From Candidatus Magasanikiibacteriota bacterium (GTDB lineage: Bacteria > Patescibacteriota > Patescibacteriia > Magasanikbacterales > UBA922), in contig WJJZ01000010.1 of the NCBI GenBank assembly GCA_014729395.1, positions 220,544 to 284,543 on the forward strand: DNA of 64,000 nucleotides, given 5' to 3'. The notes under the pieces were generated by a model. That model was not told the DNA's origin. It saw only the letters and a list, made by a program, of their open reading frames with translations, and did no database searches. Shown piece by piece: positions 18,846-26,271 of this stretch (positions within the stretch are counted from its first letter, which is position 1; each line of letters begins with the position of its first letter). A program made the translations under genes and the position numbers.

Positions 18846-20315
18846 CAAGAAATAAATGCGGAAGGTCCTGTGGATGAAGAACAAACCCTTACTTTGACCG
18901 AACCAAGCGATGCAAATATAAGCTCTATCCAGGGCAGGACACTACGGGTTTCCAGCCCGAATAGTTTCTGTTTTCCGCTTTTGGAAGATGGTTATAGATA
19001 CAATACACAAAATTGGGGGCAAAGAAGAAAAAGAAAAATTGACACAGATTACAAGCGTTGTCATTCGGGAGTTGATTTATTGACAGAAGGTAAAGAAGGT
19101 AAAGGAACTGTAATCTCTATGACCAATGGCGAAGTGTTTTTTATAACAAGAGGTTTTTATACTTGCTATGATGGCAAAACAACCAAAACAAATCCGGGCG
19201 AGGGAGAAAAAGTTGGGGCCATTTATATTTATGATTCTTATAACGATCTGACCTATATATATGGAGAGGTAAACGCCTCTTCGATAAAAGTAAAAAAAGG
19301 TGACCGGATTAGAAGAGGACAAATTCTGGGTACAGCTTCCAAATGCAACATGCTTCACTTAGAAATATACAAAGGAAAAGGCAGAAGAACGGGAGATAAA
19401 ATGTCTGTTGAAGGCTACACTAAAAAGAAAAGCGGCTGGTATATATTCGAAGACTTGAAAGATTCATTGGACCTACCTGATTCGATTGCAATAGCCGGCC
19501 GAAGCGGATGTGCTCAACCGCCATATGTAAATATTTTGGATGAAGTAAACTCGGCCCTTCTTGATCCAAGACAATTTCTCTCAGACATAAAAGGTAATTA
19601 TTGTGACCCCAATACATATTACCCTCCCGCCGGTGATAACAATATAGAAAATATTATAAATACTTTTGCCTTATGCGAAGGAATAAAACCCGCTGTTTTA
19701 CGTCAAATTGCCGAGTATGAAAGCCAATTAAGTCCAACCGCAACCAGAGGTTCGAACTATGTTGGTCTGTTTCAAGAATCCATAGACTATTGTAAGATTG
19801 GATTATACAAAGCAGGCTATACAATAGGGCCAAATAATGATACCTTAAAATCGGAATATATAAATCTTGGTTATAATTGCAGTTATGATTCGAAAGAAAA
19901 ACTCAGTGGCCGATTTGACCCTGAAACCAACACAGCTGCCGCTGCAGCCAATCTATATTCATATTTACAAGATATAAAAAGAAAATGTTCAAATATAACA
20001 GCCTATAATGCGGTTACATTATTATATGTTGGTCACAACAACGGTAGCGGAGTTATGCAGCATGTTTTAAACAATAGTGCCGGTAACTGCAGTGACAGTA
20101 ATATCAGAAAATATGTAAGAGACTTTTATATAGAGCGAGGCGGTGAGTTTCGTGGTGTGAGCACAAGTGAAGGAGAGCAAAAATATATCAATGGCAAGGA
20201 AAACATAGCAAACCCTCTTTATGGAAACAATCAAAATGCAGGTATAGAAGATTTGGTAATAGAAAAAAACTTGAGTAACTGCCCGATACAGACAAAACAA
20301 AGAGTTAACCAATAA
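18330..20315 (+). CDS. VirB2/TrbC-like pilin fused to M23 peptidase and lytic transglycosylase-like domains
   Basis: Signal peptide (..SFA-Q); same pilin module; M23 motifs HSGVD, VKKGDRIRRGQILG, LHLEI; SLT motifs YES, GLFQ, DPETN, HNNG. Confidence 0.8.
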   Translation: MISENKIIILLKKKNFFLFLSIIFILLLFPATSFAQADTDKLQENIRAPEPTVNIPGLEFSDADLEELQTQDVGPFGKLNTYYYFPYLGEYLAAVYRYAVGAAAIIAVIILIISGLQWASSAGNDDTINSAKKRIIGAVIGLIISVGSYSILYIINPNLVEFKNLKVLKVEGQEINAEGPVDEEQTLTLTEPSDANISSIQGRTLRVSSPNSFCFPLLEDGYRYNTQNWGQRRKRKIDTDYKRCHSGVDLLTEGKEGKGTVISMTNGEVFFITRGFYTCYDGKTTKTNPGEGEKVGAIYIYDSYNDLTYIYGEVNASSIKVKKGDRIRRGQILGTASKCNMLHLEIYKGKGRRTGDKMSVEGYTKKKSGWYIFEDLKDSLDLPDSIAIAGRSGCAQPPYVNILDEVNSALLDPRQFLSDIKGNYCDPNTYYPPAGDNNIENIINTFALCEGIKPAVLRQIAEYESQLSPTATRGSNYVGLFQESIDYCKIGLYKAGYTIGPNNDTLKSEYINLGYNCSYDSKEKLSGRFDPETNTAAAAANLYSYLQDIKRKCSNITAYNAVTLLYVGHNNGSGVMQHVLNNSAGNCSDSNIRKYVRDFYIERGGEFRGVSTSEGEQKYINGKENIANPLYGNNQNAGIEDLVIEKNLSNCPIQTKQRVNQ

Positions 20316-20319
20316 AAAA

Positions 20320-21651
20320 ATGAAAAAAAACTTTATATTTGAATGCAAGCACTGCGGCGCTCAATTCCAAAAATGGATTGGGCGTTGTTTGGAGTGTGGC
20401 AAATGGGGAACGATCGAACAACTAACAACGAATAATAAACAATTAGCAAAAACTACTCAGCAACACGCCCCGACTAAAACCCAAGTATTATCAGATATGA
20501 AAGGCAAAGATATAAAACGATTGGATAGTAATATTTCTGAATTAAATCGTGTATTAGGAGGAGGTTTAATTCCCGGTAGCCTTATTTTGCTTGGGGGTGA
20601 GCCAGGTATTGGTAAATCTACTCTTTCTATACAGCTAGCAACCATTATTCCTGAGAGTCTTTATATTTCCGGTGAAGAATCAGTAGAACAAATTAAACTA
20701 AGGTCAGATAGATTAAAATTAAATTCCACTAATTTAAAATTGGCAAACACAACAAATATAGAAAGTATTATTGCGACTATTGAACAAGAAAAACCAAAGC
20801 TTGCAATTATAGATTCCATACAAACAATGTATTCCCAAGACGTCAGTGGTGAATCCGGTAGTCCCAATCAAGTTAGAGCTTGTACAACCAAACTTTTGGG
20901 AGCGGCAAAAAAAACTAAGACAGCTATTGTGATAGTGGGACATGTGACCAAAGAAGGTTCGGTTGCCGGGCCCAAAACTTTGGAACACCTAGTAGATACT
21001 GTTCTCTATCTTGAGGGTGACAGATACCACAGCTACAGAATTTTAAGAACTGTAAAAAATCGCTTCGGCTCAACCGATGAAGTGGGTATTTTTGAAATGA
21101 CAGAAAAAGGCCTAAAGGAAGTGGCAAACCCATCAGAAAGTTTTTTAAAAGAGAGAGGTGAGGAAATGCCGGGAAGTGTAATAACCTGTTTAATGGAGGG
21201 AACGAGACCGATCTTGGTAGAAGTTCAGGCCTTGGTAAATAAAACCAGTTTTGGTTATCCGGTTAGAAAATCAAGCGGTTTTGACTTAAACCGTCTACAT
21301 GTTTTGATAGCCGTTTTACAAAAAAGAGCCGGATTAAATCTGGCTCAATATGATGTTCACCTTAATATTGTCGGCGGCCTAAAAGCCAATGAACCGGCCG
21401 CTGATCTGGCCGTATGTATGGCTGTTGCCAGTGCTTTCAAAGATAAAAATTTGAGTACAAATCTTGTCAGTTTTGGAGAAGTCGGTCTGGGTGGAGAAGT
21501 ACGATCTGTTAGCTTTTTGGAAAAAAGAATCAAAGAATGCAAGCAACTCGGTATGAACACTATTATTACTCGCTTAAAATCAAAAAAAACTTCCTCTAAA
21601 ATAAAAATCCTAAATGTAAAAAATATCAAAGAACTGATTAATCATACATAA
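20320..21651 (+). CDS. radA: DNA repair protein RadA/Sms
   Basis: C4 zinc finger, GEPGIGKS, IDSIQ, KNRFG and Lon-like C-terminus. Confidence 0.97.
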   Translation: MKKNFIFECKHCGAQFQKWIGRCLECGKWGTIEQLTTNNKQLAKTTQQHAPTKTQVLSDMKGKDIKRLDSNISELNRVLGGGLIPGSLILLGGEPGIGKSTLSIQLATIIPESLYISGEESVEQIKLRSDRLKLNSTNLKLANTTNIESIIATIEQEKPKLAIIDSIQTMYSQDVSGESGSPNQVRACTTKLLGAAKKTKTAIVIVGHVTKEGSVAGPKTLEHLVDTVLYLEGDRYHSYRILRTVKNRFGSTDEVGIFEMTEKGLKEVANPSESFLKERGEEMPGSVITCLMEGTRPILVEVQALVNKTSFGYPVRKSSGFDLNRLHVLIAVLQKRAGLNLAQYDVHLNIVGGLKANEPAADLAVCMAVASAFKDKNLSTNLVSFGEVGLGGEVRSVSFLEKRIKECKQLGMNTIITRLKSKKTSSKIKILNVKNIKELINHT

Positions 21652-21693
21652 AAAAAGACCCGCAAAAAGCAGGTCAAGCTGGAGTAAAAATTT

Positions 21694-21951
21694 TTACGTT
21701 TTTGGCCTACCGGATTTTCTCTCCGCCATGCCATCATGGTAATCAACCGCACAACCATGAAAAGGTGTTATTGCATCTACACCTTCTATCTCAATACCGA
21801 ATTCACTTACGGCCCTTTCGGCCGATACTGTGAAGGATCTCCCGTCTTCATAAGTTATTTCTACCCGCGTCCTCCTCTTATCTACCCAACGATACCTGTA
21901 GCTCCTTTTTGGTGACTCTTGAACCAGACTTAGCTGACGTTTCGCACTCAT
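21694..21951 (-). CDS. Small hypothetical protein
   Basis: 85-aa ORF with GGGAGGTG SD upstream and its own TTGAAA..TATGAT promoter near 21990-22016. Confidence 0.65.
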   Translation of the reverse strand: MSAKRQLSLVQESPKRSYRYRWVDKRRTRVEITYEDGRSFTVSAERAVSEFGIEIEGVDAITPFHGCAVDYHDGMAERKSGRPKT

Positions 21952-22061
21952 ATTGCACCTCCCTATTTAAAAAAGACCATAAACAACTTATCATAAAATA
22001 AATTTTTTTTCAAGATTTAAAAAACCCCTTTCACAAAAAAGGGGTACATTTAGGATGATTC

Positions 22062-22382
22062 CTATCCGGCAACAGAATCTACTGATATGTTCCCGACAAT
22101 TCGAAATCTTGCCCTCCCATTGACAATTTTTTCCAAACCATCGCTGCCAACGGCATGGATCAATTGTTCTTTTAGTTTCTCAAGGTACAGGCAGTTGCAT
22201 CTTGAGACTCTCTCGGCCACCCAGGTTCCCTCCTCGTTTGGCGAGAGTTTATTATCAGACATCTCAATATCCAGATCAACGTTGTTTTGGAGTATCTCAC
22301 GAACGATACCCCTGTGCCCTTCTTCTACAAGGTCGCTTATTCTGGACATTATTTGTGCCCAATCACCGAGCAAAACTTGCAT
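22062..22382 (-). CDS. Hypothetical protein
   Basis: Start reassigned to MQVLLGDW, preceded by a GGAGG SD; hairpin at ~22021-22045 downstream. Confidence 0.6.
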   Translation of the reverse strand: MQVLLGDWAQIMSRISDLVEEGHRGIVREILQNNVDLDIEMSDNKLSPNEEGTWVAERVSRCNCLYLEKLKEQLIHAVGSDGLEKIVNGRARFRIVGNISVDSVAG

Positions 22383-22404
22383 GCTTTCCTCCCTGAAAGC
22401 GAAT

Positions 22405-22551
22405 TTAACGATCAAGAATCCTTTTCATGCCCGGTAAATCGGCAAAGGTTGTTCTGGGTACTTCTGACCCAAACCCTCTTTTATCAAGGGGTCTCTGTTT
22501 TTCTTTACTGCCATTCTTTCGAGTCTGCTTCTTCTGTTTCTTGCGTTTCAT
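22405..22551 (-). CDS. Unlisted 48-aa basic small protein
   Basis: GGAGGTG SD then MKRKKQKKQTRKNGSKEKQRPLDKRGFGSEVPRTTFADLPGMKRILDR*; TTGAAA/TATAAT-type promoter at ~22598-22628. Confidence 0.55.
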   Translation of the reverse strand: MKRKKQKKQTRKNGSKEKQRPLDKRGFGSEVPRTTFADLPGMKRILDR

Positions 22552-22640
22552 CTGCACCTCCTATGCACTTTTCCGGTAAAAAAAGAAGTCGAAAACAATT
22601 ATAGCATAATAATATATTTTTTCAAGATTTGTAAATAATA

Positions 22641-24704
22641 TCACTCCAGATGGACTTTTTCTTCCCAATCGGCTATTTTTTCCTTTAAACTGGGATATTT
22701 TTTAAAATCTATACCTCTTGCAATATCTCGTGACATTTTGATTAAAGCAACATCTCTCATAGTGGCCAATCTAAAATTCATCATTCCACTTTGAGCCACA
22801 CCATATACATCTCCCGGACCGCGTAATTTCAAATCATATTCAGCCAACTTAAAACCATCATTTGTGCTTTCAAAATACCCTAATCTTTTTTGAGCTTTTT
22901 CAGAATCACTGTCAGTGAATAAAAAACAATAAGATTGATGACTACTTCTCCCCACCCTACCTCTAAACTGATGCAATTGAGCCAAACCGAATCTCTCCGC
23001 CCCCTCTATCATCATTACACTTGCATTTGGAACATCCACCCCCACTTCAATTACAGAGGTTGAGACCAAAATATCTATTTTTCCCTCGCTAAATTTTTTC
23101 ATACTTTTATTTTTATCATCCGCTTTCATCTTGCCATGAAGATAAGCAATTTCTAAATCAGGAAAAATTTGTTTTGATAGTTTTTCATATTCTGCCATTA
23201 CCGACTTTTTTTCACTTAAGCCGGTACTTACATTCTGCCCTTCCTCTATCAATGGGCAAACAACAAAAACTTGCCTACCCTGTTTGACCTGATCTTTGAT
23301 AAACTCATAGGCTTTTTCACGATTATGCGGATCTACCAGTCTGGTCTTAACCGGTTTTCTACCCTTGGGCATTTCATTTATTATGGATAAATCCAAATCC
23401 CCATAAAGAGTTAATGCAAATGAACGTGGAATTGGGGTAGCTGTCATGGACAAAAAATGTGGCGTGGTTTTTTTATTACCGGATTGTTCTTTTATTTTCT
23501 TCCTCTGTTCAACCCCAAAACGATGCTGCTCGTCTACAATCACAAGACCTAAGTCTTTAAAATTAACCTTATCAACCAGCAAAGCATGAGTACCAACGAC
23601 AATATCCACATCACCGGATTCTAACAAAGATATAAATTCTTTCTTGGAAGCTTTTTTATCATTTATAATCTTTTGAGTTCTTGTAAAAAGCCCGATTTTT
23701 AAATTATCATTAAACAAGTTTAACAACGATTCGAAATGCTGTTTAGCTAAAATTTCCGTTGGTGCCATCATAGCGGTTTGAAAATCATTCAAAATGCAGT
23801 TGTACATAACAATAGCCGATACCACTGTTTTGCCGGCTCCCACATCCCCCTCCAACATTCTATTCATAGGAGTTCGCTTTTCCAAATCTTGCAATATTTC
23901 CCAAGTAGCGATTTTTTGAGCTTTGGTAAGAGTAAACGGCAAAGCATCGACGAATTTTTTTGTTTCTAATTCTTTAAACTTAATTTGCGGTGCTTGAGAT
24001 TTTTTGATGGACTGGCGGAGTATTTCAGCACGTAACTGCAACAAAAACAATTCATCAAACTTAAGACGTTTTTCAGATTGCGCTAAATCAATTTTATCTT
24101 CCGGAAAGTGAATTCCTTTTATCCCGTCTTTTAGTGGTACCAAGTCGACTTGCTCTAAGATATCATCCGGCAACCAATCGTCTAATTTCTCGGCCATTTT
24201 TATAACTTGACTCATCAAAAATCTAATTTGTTTTTGAGTAATTCCGCTGGTTAAAGAATAAATAGGGACAATTCTGGCTGTATGAGTAGTTCCGGTTTTT
24301 CCCTCCTTTTCGTAGGCCGGACCTATCATCTGCATACCAAACATACTGTCGTTTACCTTGCCTGACAAATAAACCGTATCACCCGCTCTCAGATTTTTTG
24401 TGATAAATGGCTGACCGAACCATACAACTTTAATCCTATCCGTTTCATCAACCACAACCGCTTCGGTAATAATTTTTCTTTTTCTGGGGCTGCGTTTATT
24501 GGCAATCAGCTCTATCTTCCCTTTTACTGTCACTTGTTCTCCGTCCTTCAGATCTTCTATATTGACCGTTTTGCTATAATCTTCGTATCTGAATGGAAAA
24601 TAATAAAGCAAATCTTCAACCGTTTCTATACCAAGACGAGACAACCTTTTTTCCAAGGTCTTCCCAACTCTATTTAATTGTCTAACTTTTGTGTTCAATT
24701 GCAT
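22641..24704 (-). CDS. recG: ATP-dependent DNA helicase RecG
   Basis: Wedge domain, GDVGAGKT, DEQHRFG, TATPIPR, QFRGRVGR and DLKLRGPG motifs. Confidence 0.97.
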   Translation of the reverse strand: MQLNTKVRQLNRVGKTLEKRLSRLGIETVEDLLYYFPFRYEDYSKTVNIEDLKDGEQVTVKGKIELIANKRSPRKRKIITEAVVVDETDRIKVVWFGQPFITKNLRAGDTVYLSGKVNDSMFGMQMIGPAYEKEGKTGTTHTARIVPIYSLTSGITQKQIRFLMSQVIKMAEKLDDWLPDDILEQVDLVPLKDGIKGIHFPEDKIDLAQSEKRLKFDELFLLQLRAEILRQSIKKSQAPQIKFKELETKKFVDALPFTLTKAQKIATWEILQDLEKRTPMNRMLEGDVGAGKTVVSAIVMYNCILNDFQTAMMAPTEILAKQHFESLLNLFNDNLKIGLFTRTQKIINDKKASKKEFISLLESGDVDIVVGTHALLVDKVNFKDLGLVIVDEQHRFGVEQRKKIKEQSGNKKTTPHFLSMTATPIPRSFALTLYGDLDLSIINEMPKGRKPVKTRLVDPHNREKAYEFIKDQVKQGRQVFVVCPLIEEGQNVSTGLSEKKSVMAEYEKLSKQIFPDLEIAYLHGKMKADDKNKSMKKFSEGKIDILVSTSVIEVGVDVPNASVMMIEGAERFGLAQLHQFRGRVGRSSHQSYCFLFTDSDSEKAQKRLGYFESTNDGFKLAEYDLKLRGPGDVYGVAQSGMMNFRLATMRDVALIKMSRDIARGIDFKKYPSLKEKIADWEEKVHLE

Positions 24705-24800
24705 ATTTATTTATTTTAGCAAAAACTTTATAAAAAAGAAAAACCCAAGCATTTCTGACTTGGGTAACTATATCTTGAGGCTTCATTTTAATTATTGAAA

Positions 24801-25091
24801 TCACTCCATCATGACAATCTCACAATGACAATACAAAGAGCCCTGCACTTCTTTTATTGCATCGGTGAGAGTCCGTCTATTACCATTAAAATATTTTGGG
24901 CCAATCTCACCTTCGGTTACCATTTTATTCGCTATCTTGTACGCCAACCGATAATTATCCTCAGAGTCATCAAGCCAGACGACATCATCACACATTTCAC
25001 ATCTGGTTAGTATTCCGGCCATTATTGCAATCTCTTCAACTATATCCTGCTCAGCAAACTGAATGTCCAGTAAATCCTTGGCACGCGACAT
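24801..25091 (-). CDS. Hypothetical protein with CxxC and CxC motifs
   Basis: 96-aa ORF with strong SD AAGGGAGGA; hairpin at ~24742-24766 downstream. Confidence 0.65.
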   Translation of the reverse strand: MSRAKDLLDIQFAEQDIVEEIAIMAGILTRCEMCDDVVWLDDSEDNYRLAYKIANKMVTEGEIGPKYFNGNRRTLTDAIKEVQGSLYCHCEIVMME

Positions 25092-25160
25092 GTTTAATCC
25101 TCCCTTATGTAAAAAACTTAACTATCAAACAAAGCTCCAAAATGGAGCCTGTGCACCCAC

Positions 25161-25290
25161 CAGGAATCCCCGCCCGAGGCGGGTGCGCCTTGGGCGCAGA
25201 ACCTACACTTTGTGCTCTCGGCAGGAATCCCCGCCCGAGGCGGGTGCGCCTTGGGCGCAGAACCTACACTTTGTGCTCTCGGCAGGAATC
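25161..25290 (-). repeat. 61-bp tandem repeat of the tRNA-Arg 3' end with a palindromic insert
   Basis: CAGGAATC recurs at 25161, 25222 and 25283; two identical 61-bp units. Confidence 0.9.
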
Positions 25291-25345
25291 GAACCTACAT
25301 TGCCAGTTCCGCAAACTGGTGTCCTATCCGTTGAACGACGAGAGC
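25274..25345 (-). tRNA. tRNA-Arg(GCG)
   Basis: GCTCTCG/CGAGAGC acceptor stem, CCAGT-TTGCGGA-ACTGG anticodon arm, GGTTCGATTCC T arm. Confidence 0.9.
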
Positions 25346-25390
25346 TTCAAAAATCGCCTAAATTATAGCCAAAAAAACAAAATCCGTCAA

Positions 25391-25560
25391 TATGATACGG
25401 ATATACGGATAATGCAGATTTACGGATCGTTTGTTGGCAAATTAATATATTATTTACTAAGCAAAAAATATATTTAAATGTATACGGCAAAGCAGAATAA
25501 CCTTTTGAACTATAATAATATTATCCGTAAATCTGAATGCATCTGTAAATCCGTATCATA
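25391..25560. repeat. Inverted TACGGAT/ATCCGTA repeat pair
   Basis: TATGATACGGATATACGGATAATGCAGATTTACGGAT (25391-25427) vs ATCCGTAAATCTGAATGCATCTGTAAATCCGTATCATA (25523-25560). Confidence 0.85.
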
Positions 25561-25563
25561 ATA

Positions 25564-26067
25564 TTAATGTAGCTTCCACACCCTGGCAAACTTGTCACTA
25601 TATGGCTCCTCCTCTTTTTCAATATCTTCTTCCAAATACTGCTTTAGAGTACTTCTTACTTTCAGTGGGTCATTATCTTTTAATGGTATCCTAAGAAGAG
25701 GTCTGGTCGTACTTTTTGTGTCAATAAATAATGACTTGGTTTCAGGCGGATCATAAATTATATAAAATTTTTCCAGTTCATTATATTCATAAAATCTATT
25801 GCCAATCATGATTCCAAGTTCAGAAATTCCAAAAGGAACTTCAGTCGGTTCTTGGTGTGACTGCAAAAAAATAATAATGGAAAATAAAATTATTATCAAT
25901 GAAAACAAGAAATTACCACTAAATACACCGTATAAAACCAGCGCTAATCCCAAAATTATCATAAATATGTACCATCGCCTGCTTCGGTTAAATTTTTCAA
26001 ATTCTTCAATTTTCCAATTATGCAAAATTTTGCCGGTCAATACACTATTTGTAATCTGTTTCGGCAT
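25564..26067 (-). CDS. Conserved-looking CPR membrane protein (2 TM plus a PH-like domain)
   Basis: 167-aa ORF; W..EF...RS.RWY, two TM segments, EEEP..DK...W.L C-terminus. Confidence 0.7.
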   Translation of the reverse strand: MPKQITNSVLTGKILHNWKIEEFEKFNRSRRWYIFMIILGLALVLYGVFSGNFLFSLIIILFSIIIFLQSHQEPTEVPFGISELGIMIGNRFYEYNELEKFYIIYDPPETKSLFIDTKSTTRPLLRIPLKDNDPLKVRSTLKQYLEEDIEKEEEPYSDKFARVWKLH

Positions 26068-26104
26068 ATTTGTATATTATTTTTATTATTCTCTTCAACA
26101 AAAG

Positions 26105-26178
26105 TGGTCGTATCTGGATTTGAACCAGAGGCCTTACGGATGTGAACCGTACGCTCTAACCAACTGAGCTATACGACC
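26105..26178 (-). tRNA. tRNA-Val(CAC)
   Basis: GGTCGTA/TACGACC acceptor stem, TACGG-TTCACAT-CCGTA anticodon arm. Confidence 0.9.
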
Positions 26179-26271
26179 TCTAATAGATATATAAATTATA
26201 TCATAATTCAAATAAAATATAAATAAACTCTAATATTGTCAAACCGGACATTTTAGCCTATAATACCGGTC

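Noticed and set aside
25161-25290. Possible CRISPR array
   Set aside because: The units are identical end to end with no unique spacers, derive from the tRNA-Arg 3' end, and no cas genes are in the window.
24896-25477. ORFs of 193 and 101 aa with repeated peptides
   Set aside because: They are antisense to tRNA-Arg and its tandem repeats; these are shadow ORFs.
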